This document shows positions 41,111 through 55,799 of a DNA stretch of 64,000 nt, in pieces. The notes under the pieces are model-generated. The model ran no database searches and was not told the DNA's origin. It saw only the letters and a list, made by a program, of their open reading frames with translations. Where the stretch lies: positions 158,286,001-158,350,000 of the forward strand of contig NC_043000.1 in assembly GCF_006345805.1 (NCBI RefSeq). The letters are read 5' to 3'. The stretch's first letter is position 1; the number at the start of each line of letters is the position of its first letter. Both the position numbers and the translations under genes were made by a program. The stretch is from Octopus sinensis. Taxonomy: Eukaryota.

Positions 41111-41370
41111 AAGACTGTTCATGTTTGATGATCATCCATGCCTTCGCAAATTTCCCCTCTCTGTTTGCGAGGTCTATGCTATTAAGGGGTCTCGTTTTAC
41201 TTGCTGCTTCAGCGAATGTGTTCTTGTTCTTGTTGTTGGTAATATTAATATTGATGTTGGCTTTATTGTTACTGCTGATATTGCGTCGTTTTTGTTATTG
41301 CCATTACCTTTCGTAGTTTTGCAGCTTTGTTGTCTCCACCACTACCACCGCTACTGCTTCCGCCATCTAT

Positions 41371-41790
41371 ACCTATTTCTTTACTACCCACAAGGGTCTA
41401 AACACAAAGGGGACAAACAAGGACAGACAAACGGATTAGGTCGATTATATCGACCCCAGTGCGCAACTGGTACTTAATTTATCGACCCCGAAAGGATGAA
41501 AGGCAAAGTCGATCTCAGCGGAATTTGAATTCAGAACGTAAAGACTGACGAAATACCTATTTCTTTACTACCAACAAGGGGCTAAACACAGAGAGGACAA
41601 ACAAGGGCAGACAAACGGATTAAGTCGATTATATCGACGCCAGTGCGTAACTGGTACTTATTTAATCGACCCCGAAAGGATGAAAGGCAAAGTCGACCTC
41701 GGCGGAATTTGAACTCAGAACGTAACGGCAGACGAAATACTGCTAAGCATTTCGCCCGGCGTGTTAACATTCCTGCCAGCTCACCGCCAT
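41371..41790 (-). mobile_element. Meta-domain-like SINE, head plus two tandem bodies
   Basis: Reverse complement of the 9008 arrangement. Confidence 0.85.
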
Positions 41791-42249
41791 CTCTACCATC
41801 GACACTCTTGTCACTGCTGCTGTTTTTGTTGTAACTAATTTCAAAAGCTTCGCAATCTTTCACACTGCTTAGGCTACTACTACTGTTTTTGTTGTTGTTG
41901 TTGTCGCGGAGAGTGAGTCACATGCGGTGGGGAGAGTATTCTTCTGTAGGAGGGCTGCTGGGAAAGATGGCTTTCCTCCTCAGCTCTTCCATGTTTGTTG
42001 ATGTCGCTGATAATCGTGATGATGACGACGCCATCTTGTGTCATTGCGTTTTTGTTTTTTAAGGCAATGGATAATTAATTTAAATGAATAAACAAATATT
42101 GTACCGAAAATCTATCAACAGGTTCTTCGTGTACTTATCAGTTTATAAGAAAATTGATAACACATATTTGTACAGACAAGGTGAAAAACATAGTTTAAAG
42201 CATAACTTACGAAGCGTGTTCGGAAGAACGTCTTACGTATCCAGCAGCG

Positions 42250-42273
42250 AATAATAATAATAATAATAACAAC

Positions 42274-42320
<47 letters not shown>

Positions 42321-42353
42321 AATAATCATAATAATAACAATAACGACAACAAC

Positions 42354-42412
<59 letters not shown>

Positions 42413-42510
42413 TGATAATAATAATAACAATAACAACAATAACAACAACAATAATAATAATAATAATAACAACAATAATAATAATAATATTAACAACAAC
42501 GATAATAATA

Positions 42511-42568
<58 letters not shown>

Positions 42569-42584
42569 CAATAACAACAAGAAC

Positions 42585-42640
<56 letters not shown>

Positions 42641-42685
42641 TAATAACAACAAATAATAATAATAATAACAATGATAATAATAATG
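42250..42685. repeat. (AAT/AAC)n microsatellite
   Basis: Seen directly. Confidence 0.95.
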
Positions 42686-42849
42686 AGCGGTTTTCTAGTT
42701 TGATTATTTCCGTGTTTCTTTTAACGCTCCATGATTCCTCTGTCCTTGATGCTGAGATAAGTAAACCTTGCATATAAGTTCAAGTAAAAGACAACCATAT
42801 TCTATTTATGAGGAATTTGAAACTCTATGGCAACGATGACATACAAGTG

Positions 42850-44585
42850 AGGTGAACAGCGTCCATTGTTTTAGAACTGATCTTAAGATGGAATTCAGAC
42901 TCAAGAAGTGCGGTGTAATGAGTCTAAAAAGAAGAAAAGTGGGGTCCCAGGTAGGAACAGAATTACTAATATAGGAAAAAATAATGAAATAAATTGGAAA
43001 CGAAGACTATAAGTAGCTTGGGATACAAGTGTTTAGATATATCATGGTGAAGAAAATTAGAGAATATCTGAAGAAAGAGGACTTCCGATTGGCGTTGCGC
43101 TCAAAATTGACCAGATGGAATAAATTCCAAGCAGTAGATATATAAGCGAAAGTATAATTTAGGCGTGGAGTTGGAACCATAAACTGAGAAAGAATGTACT
43201 AATGAGGATAGATACGAAGGCAAGGGAATCATTGCTATTGCATAGAGCATTCCATCCAAAGAGTGACAGTGATCGGCGGTACTTGACTAGAAGAAAGGAT
43301 TTGAGAAGTTTCACCAGTTAACAGGTTTGTGTTGAATCAGAGGAAATCAGATTAGCGTGGTTTGTAACAATAATGCCGAGTTACCATTGCTGATGCTTGT
43401 GAAGAAGTCCGGCAAAATCAAAACTGATAATTGTCTTGAGACAGCGAAATTTTTAAGGGAAAATACAAAAAAAAAAACGCGAAACTTCTAATGGTATGGA
43501 AGAAAATAAAATAACATAGAACGAAAAAAAGTACGAAGATAAGAACAAATGCAGAAGGCCAGTGGTTATGGATGCAGAGGAGTGTCTTGAACATACAAAT
43601 AGATGCAGTATAATGCGCGGCACAAGATTAAGCATTAAGGACAAACTATGTGAAGTGCAGAATTGAGTTTGACAAACGGAGAATGTGTGATGAGCGGATT
43701 GAAATAGTGTGGCACATCTTAAATACAAACGATGACATGTCATTGTGGCATGAATGATTCATTGGGAATTTCAAAGACGCAGATTGACCAAATCCCGGAG
43801 AGAGTTACTGAGAATGAGGATAGCAAAATCTTGTGAGATGCAATGATTCAGTGTGACCATCAATTTAATCGTCGTAAAACTGACATTGTGGTAGTGAACA
43901 GAAAAGAAAAATCACGCCTGATAATTCACACAGCATGTCATGGTGACAAGAGGATTGAAGGGAAACAATAATAACATGAGAACAACTGTGACAAATTGAA
44001 TTGGGAAACACGCAGGTTGTGTGCATTGAAGAAAGGGGACGTCATAGCAATAGGGATTTGTGCATGTGAAAGTGTGAGCACCCAAGTAGCAGCATGGCTT
44101 TTGGAAGCACTCCGCCGGTTACGACGACGAGAGTTCCGGTTGATCCGAATCAACGGAACTGCCTGCTCGTGAAATTAACGTGTAAGTGGCTGAGCACTCC
44201 ACAGACACGTGTACCTTTAACGTAGTTCTCGGGGATATTCAGCGTGACACAGAGAGTGACAAGGCCGGCCCTTTGAAATACAGGTACAACAGAAACAGGA
44301 AGTAAGAGTGAGAGAAAGTTGTGGTGAAAGAGTACAGCAGGGATCACTACCATCCCCTGCCGGAGCCGCGTGGAGCTTTAGGTGTTTTCGCTCAATAAAC
44401 ACTCACAACGCCCGGTCTGGGAATCGAAACCGCGATCCTATGACCGCGGGTCCGCTGCCCTAACCATTGGCCATTGCGACTCCACGGCAGCATGACTTAA
44501 AATGATTGGAACGAATATAAAGATAAAACACGTTCAAAAATCACCATTATTCGGAATTGCAAGAATTTTCCGCATTGTTCTTGAA
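42850..44585 (+). mobile_element. decayed R4/Dong-clade element interrupted by a SINE
   Basis: MEFRLKKCGV, DYK*LGI, AFHPKSDSDRRYL, IQCDHQFNRRKTDIVVV, PLFGIARIFRIVLE remnants. Confidence 0.7.
44101..44486 (-). mobile_element. tRNA-derived SINE (head type 2, tail A)
   Basis: Near-identical to 52877-53258; TSD GCAGCATG(G/A)CTT at 44089-44100 and 44487-44498. Confidence 0.9.
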
Positions 44586-44887
44586 AGATCAGTAAACAAA
44601 TATCATATTACCTTAGTCTGCTGACTGTGGACAGCTGAATCTTTCCCTCATAACCCGCGGCTATACGAGTAGTTTAGCATTACATCCGGCAGACTAGTGT
44701 ATAGCATATTAGAGTATTAATAAAATTATGTCATTCATACTAACAGACTGGTATCTGTATTTCTGCCATTAAAAATAAATTCCATGTTTTTAATTTACTC
44801 TTTTGAGAAAACTGACCACTCCTTTTTGAGGAAACTCAGTAGCCCTGAATGGATTTGGAACAAGTTCCTTAAAAATTATGCTGTACC

Positions 44888-45172
44888 TGTATGTATGTAT
44901 GTATGTATTATGTTGTATATATGTATGTATGTATGTATGTATTATGTATGTATGTATGTATGTATGTATGTATGTATGTATGTATGTATGCATGTATGTA
45001 TGTATGTATGTATGTATGTATTATGTTGTATATATGTATGTATGTATGTATTATGTATGTATGTATGTATGTATGTATGTATTATGTTGTATATATGTAT
45101 GTATGTATGTATTATGTATGTATGTATGTATGTATGTATTATGTATTATGTATGTATGTATGTATGTATGCA
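44888..45172. repeat. (TATG)n microsatellite with higher-order repeats
   Basis: Recurrent TATTATGTTGTATAT interruptions. Confidence 0.9.
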
Positions 45173-48100
45173 TGCTTATTTGCACGTACATACACATACG
45201 CAAGCAGGGGCACACACTTACACGCATACATATATAGATATTGTAAAATTATTAAAGATAGACAAAAGCAGCACAGGAAGAACAAAGTATGACAAATATA
45301 TGAAATTAACAATTTGAAGGAGCGAAATCATAAAAACGTATCGGATTTAGTCCTTTATCAAACTAAGAAATAGGGAGCATAAAGGACGCGAGAATGAGAC
45401 ATAATTAGTAGAAAATCTCATTGGAGACTCAGATGAGGATGATATTTCGAAGAGACATTGAACAAAAAAAGAAAGAAAGAAAACAAATGAAAGGTGGTGT
45501 ATCAATGAAAGTATAACTCGTTTCAGAATATAGTAGGAATCTCCAAGCTAAAGGTATACTTCAAGAAATAGGTGAAATATATTTATATCCAGAAATGTTA
45601 ACAGCCAGAATTTATACACTTGGTGTGGAGAAGTACGAAAATGACGGACTCAGTGAAAATTGTCTTCGTAGGAGAGAAAGGGATTAAGAAAAACAATGAT
45701 GGTGAATTTAGAAAGAAGGTTTAAGTTTTGAGAAAGATAATGTGCTCCTTTTCCCTCTAGGATCAAATGTTGGGGGACTCGAGACTGGAAGCCAAAACAA
45801 AATTAGAAAAGTTAGGTGAACAGATGTGTCTGAAGCGTTCTGCGAACATGTAGTTCAGTTTGCGGCGGATATGTACGGTGTAAAGATATTGAAAACGGAC
45901 ATTCGCGCACATCTATGAAACTGTTGGAGATTCATCAAAATGAATTCCCATTGTAGATGGTACAGTGTTTGAGCTCGGTGATGATTTAGATGTTAAGAAA
46001 TAAAGCTGAATATGGTAGCGGGGACAGCATTAAGGAATGGACCCGAGAAATAGATGGGTTGTGAAGAAGAAAGTGCAGCGGAAATGTAGCCTCCATAGTT
46101 TGCAGGTTCTTAAATCAAGAACGGTTCGTGTAGAAATGAGTGAAAAGGTCAGATTGGAAGCGATGGATGGGTCCTCAGATAGAGAAGCAGGATGGTGCTG
46201 TAATTGAAAAATGGAAGAGTACACAGTGTAATGGGTTTTAAACGCGAAACATGAGGACTGGTGCGCATTAACTTTGACAAGTGCATGAGATTTGCAGCTT
46301 GAACGAGGGGTCGGTGCATAATCGCGTTAAATAAATATCAAGAAAGAGCCTGAAAGTTAAGATTGCTACTAAATATTTGTATATGTGTGTATGTGTTTGC
46401 ACGCGTGCATGTATATGTGCTTGCGTAGGTACATGTGCATGAGTGGGTATGTATACATATATCTAAACACACTAAATTTTAGTAGTTAACCACCTCACTT
46501 CATACGACTAAAATATTAATTCCTTTGCGAAAAATGATACAGCACTAATAATAATAGTGTATATATAGTGGAACACAACTTAATCGCGCATATCATATGA
46601 CTGGCACATTTTGATCAATGAGGACAATTTGTATTTCAAATCCAACCTCGATACAATATAAACCAAGAAGAACGATGTTGGCTATATTAAATAACGTTAG
46701 TGTTCACATTGTGCTTTCCCTGCAAAAATAGCAACGGAATAACTATTAAATACCATGCTACTGTTTTCAAAAAGACACTCGCCTCCACAGCATAGTCCGA
46801 GGCATACAAAACAACATTCCAGATATTTAATCTGAATTTTATACTTTATTCTAATACCGCATATTTTAATGGAGATGGCTAAGAGTTGGTTTGTTAACCT
46901 CAGATAACGCCGGTAGTTATTCGACTGGCTGAAAAAGAAAGAATTTCATATTTTACCTCAAATGAATATAAAATGAGAATCTAGTATCATTGCATTTTGT
47001 TGCACACACTTCCATTTCTCTTACCCAAACAATACACAGCAATAGGAATATTGATTATACACTTTATCTGCCAGTGTCCTTGAGCTATACTGCATGAACA
47101 TCACACAATCCTAGTCCACTCCTCTTCTGTTAAACTTCATTGCCTTCTGACTAAGAAATCAATAATGATTATAACGATTAGAATGACAACGAAATTAGTA
47201 ATGCGGACAATGGTGATGAAGATCACGGTTATAATAGTGATTACTGCAATGGCGTTGACAAAGATTATGTCGGTAATGATGATGATGACGATGATTAAGA
47301 TGAGGATGATGTTGGTGAGGATGGTAGCATGGTGATATAAGGAGGATGAGGATGATACTGTTGCTGATGGTGATGATAAAGAGGCCATTAAATTGCTTAG
47401 AGCCCTTCCGTTTGTCAGTCTATCTATTAAGATGATAAGTACTTTACCGTATACAATTAATAAATGAGTGACAGTCGCTGTAAAATAAACAAGAGCATCC
47501 AAGGAAATCAAAAGAGATTCTTACATCTGGCCCATTGAGTATATCTATGATTCATGCTGCATTATTTTGATAGATGAAAGGACTCTCATAGCGTAGAAAA
47601 CAATAACAGAAACAAAAGCAATCCTAAACAGATGAAAACGGATATGAAGTAAATAGTAATATCAAACTACGACAACAGTAATATAAGAATGCTTACGTAG
47701 TTGACGGTTGAATGTAGACGAAATAGCAAGCATAACAAAATTTAGTATAGGTCCTACAATAACAATGCTTTCCTCAAGTGATCTTGGCGTGTGTGTAATT
47801 GAGTGTGGGTGGGTATTGAAAACACACATGAAGAACAACAATAAAAACAACTAATCATAACAAGGAAGACTACGACATTAGTAACAACAGCGCTACAACC
47901 CTGCGACTATCACTGCCAACACCACCACCACCACGATCATCAGCACTACCACCACCATCACTACCACCACCACTGCGGATCCCCACCCCACTACCATCAA
48001 CAACAACAAGAAAAACAAAAACAACATCGGTAGTAATAATAATAATGAAAATTTTTTACTTGTTTCAGTTATTTGACTGCGGACATGCTGGAGCACCGCC

Positions 48101-48499
48101 TTTAGTCGAGCAAATCGACTCTAGGACTTATTCTTTGTAAGCCTAATACTTATTTTATCGGCCACTTTTGCCTCAGCATCTGCCGTGAAGAGGCACGGCA
48201 AGCCGTCGAGGTGGGGATTGAAATCTGCTTGGAATCTGACTCGCCACTTCTCCCGAACAACTGAGCAATGTTGCGCATTGGAGAACTGGCCTACTGCCAT
48301 TTTCACTGCTATAACGTCGGTTGCAATGCATTTACAAATAGCCTGGTCTAATTTAGCTACTAGGTCCTCCTACTTCCTATTTTTCTACCTCGCCCCCATC
48401 TCCATCATCACCACTTCTTGACGATCACCACTGTCAACTTTTGCTCGACTGTATTGTTGACCCGATCTCTGTCAGACTTACGTGCCGGAATCGACATGT

Positions 48500-50270
48500 T
48501 TAGCTTCCAGTAACGAGGTCCTAACATATGCGTCTTATCTAGGTCAAAAGTACAGATTAGAAATTTGTAATCTGAATATGTGACCTTTTTAAAAAGTGGA
48601 CATCCTACCTATCAGACACTTGAAAATGGCTGATCAGGTGCTCGAGGCTTTTACAGGCCGCGCTTCTATCAGCTACTCCCAGACAATTCCAGCGTTCGTC
48701 TATTATTTCGCCTCAGTCCCCCATAAACAATAAAGGTGAGTCGCAACCAGAAATGCTTCAAGACGCCTAAGGAAATCCGGCCGTTTCGCCCTGGTAGGGG
48801 TGTAGACATCCACGTGTCTGAAGACACCACCTTCTCTATTGCTCATGTTCAGGACCACCACTTTACCGTCCGGGCTCTGGAAGATCGACCTTACCTCGAG
48901 ATGCGGTTCTTTCGTGAAGAACACTGCCATTCCTCCTCCAATTCTCGGCCGATTGATAGAGGCAAACATCTGATAGTCGTCGAAAATGGGGACCAGTCCG
49001 CGTCTGCTGGAAGTCCTGGTCTCGCTGGCAGTAATTACATCCAGTTCTAAAGATCTGAGGTTGTTGAGCAGGCACCCCTGCTTCCAGGGCGACCCTAAGC
49101 CTCGAACTTATAAAATTCCTACTCTTAATATTGCCATGCTGGCAAGCTAAAGGGAGAGAGGAAAGGTGGTATATGCGGTTTTGGATGTCCGTGTGAGTGT
49201 CTGTTCTTATGACTGCTTAGGTTGTTTGCGTTTGAGGGATTTGGGTATTGGCGATGGTGTTGGTTGTGTTGATTTTATTGGGGATATATTTGTGTGGGTG
49301 GTGTCTGTATTTTTTTTTTAAGCTGTTGTTGTGCATTGTGGAGTTTTTCGTTTGTGTGTTTTTTGTTTTTGAGAATTTTGGTATTCCTTCATCTTCACTA
49401 CTGGAGGATAAGGGGTCTGTGGCTGTGAGTGTGTCTGTGTGTATGTTTGTGTTTTTGTTCATGCGTGTATTTGTTTTGGCGGAGGAGTAGAAGAGATTTT
49501 CTCGTTTCTCCTTAGAATGGTCAATGCCTTTGGTGGTGTTTCATTTCTTGATCTGGTGATATTACCAGCGCTGGTGTTAGTTATGGTCCTTGCCCCGGCG
49601 TAGGCAGCAGTAGAAATCTTCGACACCTTGCACCCCTTCCATATCAGTTGAGTGCAAAAGGCTCGCACATATGTCGTTTCTCCACAAACGGGACCATGTG
49701 GCCTTTTGCCTTCAGTCGTTATGTGTATTACCCTCCCGTTTTTGGAGACGGATGTGGTACAGGTTTCTCATTACATTTTCTGGCCTGATCTGGAGAAGTA
49801 TCCCTTGATCAACCCGTGACCAGCACTCTCTGGCAGTCTTTGTCACCTCTTTCGGGACGGTGTTTGACCCTTGCTCAATTACGCATCCCAGAAGCCACCA
49901 CATATCAAGTCCTGATATTGGAGTGCGGACACGTGCTGTTCTTTTTCCCATATGGGAGAGGCACATTAGACCTTCCTGGTTTTGTAAGGGGTCATTGAGT
50001 ACTTCATAGTGAGGCCTTCTGGCTTAAAATGCACCGAAATGGCGTCGTATTGTCTGCCTCTAGCTATATACTCGGTATCATCCCTGACATATCTTAACGC
50101 AGCGTCAACAGCTGCTTGTGTTTTTAACGCCGCTTTCTTCGTCTCTGCTGAGATGCATCTGAAATGTACCGTTCTTCTCTCCACTTCTTCAATGATTTCT
50201 GTTAGAACAGGTAGGTTGGCCCAGGTTTCCTAGTGTTTGATAACTTTCCAGGCTTGGGCAACTTTTCATC
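48500..50270 (-). mobile_element. Tx1/L1-like LINE relic: ORF1 plus APE endonuclease part of ORF2
   Basis: ORF1 ERRTVHFR...YIARGRQY...; ORF2 from ATG at 49137: MAILRVGIL*VRGLGSPWKQG...LDVITASETR...GGGMAVFF...DGKVVVL...VYTP. Confidence 0.8.
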
Positions 50271-50543
50271 TTTGTGAGGGTTAGGCTTAATTGTGGTCTC
50301 ACTTTAGCTGCTGCCGCTGCGAAAGTGTTCTTGTCTTTGTTGGTAATATGGTATCGTTGTTGTTGTTGTTTTTGCTGCTGTTGTTGTCATTGTTTTGGCG
50401 GGGGAGTTGGAGAGCTTTCTTCGTTTCTCTCAAGGATGATTTGGATGGTGTTGGTGATGTTGACAAGTTTGCTATCGTTGTTGCTGTTGTTGCCATCGCT
50501 GCTGCTGCTTCTACCGTTGCTGTCTCTCGTATTATTGGTGTTT

Positions 50544-50596
50544 CTACTACTACTACTACTACCACCACCACCACCACCACTACTACTACTACCACC

Positions 50597-50631
<35 letters not shown>

Positions 50632-50770
50632 AACTACTATTCCTACTCCTACTACTACTACTACTACTACTACTACTATTACTACTATTACTACTACTAC
50701 TGCTACTTCTACTACTACTACTACTACTACTACTCCTCCTCCTACTACTACTACTACTACTACTACTGCT
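50544..50770. repeat. (CTA/CCA)n microsatellite
   Basis: Seen directly; source of the poly-T/L/V ORFs. Confidence 0.9.
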
Positions 50771-51387
50771 GTTGCTGCTGCTGCTGCTGGCAGTGGTGTT
50801 AGCGATGGAGACGGTAGTGTTTTCACTTGCATTGTTTATGTTTGCAATTTTCTTCTCTTGTTCGTGCGGTGGTAAATATTAGGAAAGAAGCAAAGGGAAT
50901 TAATTTTTATACGTTCCACGTGCGCTATTGTTGTTGCTGCTACAGCAGTCGCAGTCTTTTTCAACATGGCTGTTCTGTCTTGCAGATAACACGTTGTTCA
51001 TTTCAACAGACAGACAGGCATGTCGATCTCGGTGGAATTTATATTTATTAATTAACACAAGGGCTTAATTCATTTTTTTAAAAAAAAAAGCAACTTACAA
51101 AGGTGTTAGAACCATGAGAGAATAAATTAAATTATATAAAATATCAGGGTAGGGGGAAAGGAGCTGACGAAATGCATTACATAATATTTAATGATTAATT
51201 GCACACCTGTAAGATTCTTTTGCATTGCAACTGGCAACCAGCATCCAACATTGACTGAACAACCAATTATGATAAAAAAAAAGGCAGAAATATGCCGTTC
51301 TCTCCTTGTTTATGTGTCATGCGTGGCACCTTGGGCAAGTGTCTTCTACTATTGCCTCGGACCGACCAAAGCCTTGTGAGTAGATTT

Positions 51388-51452
<65 letters not shown>

Positions 51453-51497
51453 GTATGTGTGTGTATGTTTGTGTGTCTGTGTTTGGCACACAACATC

Positions 51498-51540
<43 letters not shown>

Positions 51541-52706
51541 ATATATGTGTGTGTGTGTGCTTGTGTGTATGTATGTATGTATGTATGTGTGTGTATATGT
51601 TTGTGTGTCTGAGTTTGTCCCCCCAACATCATTTGACAACCGATGCTGGTGTGTTTACGTCCCCGTAACTTAGCGGTTTAGCAAAAGAGACCGATAGAAT
51701 AAGTACTAGGATTACAAAGATTAAGTCCTGGGGGGTCGATTTGCTCGACTAAAAGGCGGTGCTCCAGCATGGCCACAGTCAAATGACTGGAACAAGTAAA
51801 AGAGTAAAGAGTATAGAGAGTATGAATGACGCAGGCAAGAAGTTCGTTTCCATGGTCACTTGTTTCTAATAAGTTACGTTGTTGCTGCTCAATTGTTCAT
51901 ATTCGCAGTTTCTCTTTACTAGCCACACTTCTGAAGGATATCCCAAACAATCACTATTACGTAGATTATAATAAGTCGTTCTAAAGTTGAAATATCCCAG
52001 ATTATAGTCGCAGACGTGCCTGCGTGGTAAGAAGTTTGCTTCTCAACCGCATTGTTCCGGGTTACGTTTCACTGAGACCATATTAGAAGGCACATGCTTT
52101 CTACTATGGCCTCGGTCCGATCACAGCCAAATGAATGTTCTTTGTGTGTGTTTGTTTTTCTAGATTTCTCCACCACCACTATTTGGCGACTTCATTCAAC
52201 TAATAATTCTTTTAACTCGGTGCCCCAGCATGGCCGCAGTCTAATGAATGAAACAAGTAAAAGATAAACGATAAAGGATATTTTTCATGTTTGTTTTGAC
52301 AACGATATTCTTGTTAATTCTTTTGTTTTCGTTTTTATAGATCAGTATTGCATAAATTCTTAAAGTTTGTATATAATGTGTATAGTTTTTATTGTATAAT
52401 GCGCGATGTTATGTGAAATGAAAGTTGCGCTTTCAAATTGTGTTTGTTCTACGTGTGCTTACGTCCATTTCAATTACTATTGAAGGGATATTTTTATCTG
52501 ACGAAAAAGCATACTGAGTTTTATAAAGCAAAAATATAAATGAAAGTAAATTCAAAATACCAGAGACTGCTTTCCCCACTGCTATTTATTGTCTTCTCCA
52601 GAATTTTAGATTATATGACATCGTATTCAATAAAAGTTTCCAAAACTTTTCGAACGATTCGATGGCGTATCTTCTTCCAGAACTTACGATAGTAGTAATA
52701 GTAGTG

Positions 52707-52761
<55 letters not shown>

Positions 52762-52876
52762 GAACCTTAATGAAATTACTAAAAAAATCTATCTACTCAA
52801 ACAAATGAAGTAATAGATAGAAGACTCGCCGTCAGTTTCTTGCACTCGCTCTGTTATATTACCTACTAAGTCGTCA

Positions 52877-53258
52877 TGGAGGCGCAATGGCCCAGTGGTT
52901 ACGGCAGCGGACTCGCGGTCATAGGATCGTGGTTTTGATTCCCAGACCGGGCGTTGTGAGTGTTTATTGAGCGAAAACACCTAAAAGCTCCACGAGGCTC
53001 CGGCAGGGGATGGTGGTGATCCCTGCTGTACTCTTTCACCACAACTTTCTCTCACTCTTACTTCCTGTTTCTGTTGTACCTGTATTTCAAAGGGCCGGCC
53101 TTGTCACTCTCTGTGTCACGCTGAATATCCCCGAGAACTACGTTAAGGGTACACGTCTCTGTGGAGTGCTCAGCCACTTACACGTTAATTTCACGAGCAG
53201 GCTGTTCCGTTGATTCGGATCAACCTCGTCGTCGTAACCGACGGAGTGCTTCCATCCC
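52877..53258 (+). mobile_element. tRNA-derived SINE (head type 2, tail A), full length
   Basis: A box TGGCCCAGTGG, B-box-like GGTTTTGATTCC; perfect 12-bp TSD ACTAAGTCGTCA at 52865-52876 and 53259-53270. Confidence 0.9.
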
Positions 53259-54283
53259 ACTAAGTCGTCAGTACACTTCAAAGTACCCTACTCTTTAGAC
53301 TGTATATTCCAACAACAAAAAGCTCGGGGTCTTTCATTTAAATAATCTTGTATCGGCATATAAAAACTGATTCTGTGCGCTCGTCTTAGATATATTTTCT
53401 CAGGTACGAAAGTACACTTTTTTTGCGATATGCCAATGTCATTTGCTTCTATGGCCACATTTCATCTACATTTAAAATCACCCTCCTTCCCAATAACCAC
53501 TAACAAAGTCGTTATTGCCTGTACGGTTTTAAATGTCGTACAAATATATCATATCGTTGAAATTTTTAAAAACTTTCATGAGAATTTGTATTTTCGGATA
53601 TCAATTTGTAACTGCCAATATTGTTAATGCCTGTCGCGTATTTCAATGCAACTTTTAAATTCAAATTTTTCGTTTCTAATTACTGTTCATAATTTTTCTA
53701 AACATTGATATTATTTAATTATTCTCTTTAGTATGGACTATATATATTTTCCTCAGTTTTCGTAATTGGAGAAATCATATTAGATAGAATAAAAAGACAA
53801 GGAATATCTTTACAATAAAAATATTCTATAGAAGAGGTGATATATTTGTTTCCTCGATATTGAGGTAAATATCCACACGCATAGTATATTACTATGTGCG
53901 AGATAATGAGAGAAAGGTGTTCATTCAATGAAACTTCTTTATGATGCAATTTTCTTACTTGCTTGACATGTCCTGCCCTGCCAGCACACAGCAACCAAAG
54001 CAACAAAAATAGCAGCATAAGTAAAAACAAGAATAACAACCGTTATAGATAACAATGATGATGATTATTATTATCTTAATAATTGTTCTACAATAGGCAC
54101 AATGCCTGCAATTTCGTAGGAATGGGCTAGTCGATTACATCGACTCCATTATTCAACTGTTACTGATTTTGTGGGCCTAGAAAGGAGGAACAGCAAAGGC
54201 GACCGCGGTGAAATTCTGAGCTCAGAAACGACGGACGAAATGCTGCTAAGCGTGCAAACGATTCTGCCAGATCCTTGCCTTGA

Positions 54284-54402
<119 letters not shown>

Positions 54403-54899
54403 CCTTTAGTAGCCACACGGGCCGACAAAAATAAGATTGGATATTGCAAAACCTGAAGGACACGGACCATCTTCACCCCATTCACCCATCTTTTAACAAA
54501 TTTGCTGGAATCAGCACTTCTTTTTCATCCATCACTTTCCTTTTCAGATGGTGTCTGAAAAAGTTGATGAGAGTTAGGCCAAAGAGGAAAGTGTCTGTCG
54601 TCAGCCCTTTCAGGCTAGACCACCATACAACCTCTTTCGCTACACGAGAAAAATGAAAATTGCTTCCGCTTGCCGGTCATGGTAGAATCAGCCGACAAGC
54701 GGACACGTCCTATACATGACAGCAAGTGTTCGTCACAAGCCCAAGTATCAGCTATTCATCTCCAACCAGCTTCTCGACGACTATTGCCAACCACTTTACA
54801 AATACTTTGGACAAAATTTTCACGGCTGCGTTAACACAGTGATGGGTCTAAAATTATCTAATACCTTACCTTTGTTTAGTTCCCTTCTCAGCCATAGCA

Positions 54900-55794
54900 C
54901 TGCTTCTCCGCTCACAGATTTGGGAATTTTCTCATTCTGATACCTCTAGCAGTAGATATATGCCAAGAGGCCTGCAAACAATGCTGGCATACTGGAATAA
55001 AGCTCGTCGGATAGACCATCCAATCCCGGCAATTTGCGCCCACATCCCATGCAGTCCATTATCTCGTCCCGTATATCCTTGTCATCAGCTTTTCACAACA
55101 TGCTGCATCTCTTGCTGAGAGTCGTGGCGGGCCATTGAGGTAGGCAGTGAAATCCATCATCAGATCTCGCCCACCGTTCGTCCCGAATAATTCGGTCAAT
55201 TGCTGCAGAAAAACCGCACACATCTGCTCCAGTTCGTTCACCTTGCGCCCATTTTGGTCCACTAAAGACCGAATAGTGATTTTGTTGCCATTTTATGCCT
55301 CGGCCACCCGGGATCATCGGGTAGCTTTGCTTTCCTCTTCTCTGTCTCCCATAAACAATAAAGGTGAGTCGCAACCAGAAATGCTTCAAGATGCCTAAAG
55401 AAATCCGGCCGTTTCGCCCTGGTAGGGGTGTAGACAGCCACGAGTCTGAAGACACCACCTTCGCTATTGCTCATGTTCAGGACCACCACTTTACCGTCCG
55501 GTCTCCGGAAGATCGACCTTACCTCGAGATGCGGTTCTTTCGTGAAGAACACTGCCATCCTCCTCCAATTCCCGGCCGACTGATAGAGGCAAACATCTGA
55601 TAGTCATCGAAAATGGGGACCAGTCCGCGTCTGCTGGAAGTCCTGGTCTCGCTGGCAGCAATTACATCCAGTTCTAAAGATCTGAGGTTGTTGAGCAAGC
55701 ACCCCTACTTCCAGGGCGACTCTAAGCCACGAACTTATAAAATTCCTACTCTTAATATTGCCCTGTTGGCAAGCTAAAGGGAGAGAGGAAAGGT
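54900..55794 (-). mobile_element. Tx1/L1-like ORF2 fragment (APE plus linker), near-identical in part to 48716-49167
   Basis: MAVFFTKEPHLEVRSIF..PDGKVVVLNMSN; AYLNGPPRLSARDAACCEKLMT. Confidence 0.8.
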
Positions 55795-55799
55795 TTGCT

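Noticed and set aside
44812-44841. CTGACCA-CTC..GAG-GAAACTCAGTA hammerhead-like motif
   Set aside because: G8 lost without compensation and no stem I.
52877-52955. tRNA gene
   Set aside because: SINE head: no acceptor stem, continues into the SINE body, and has TSDs.
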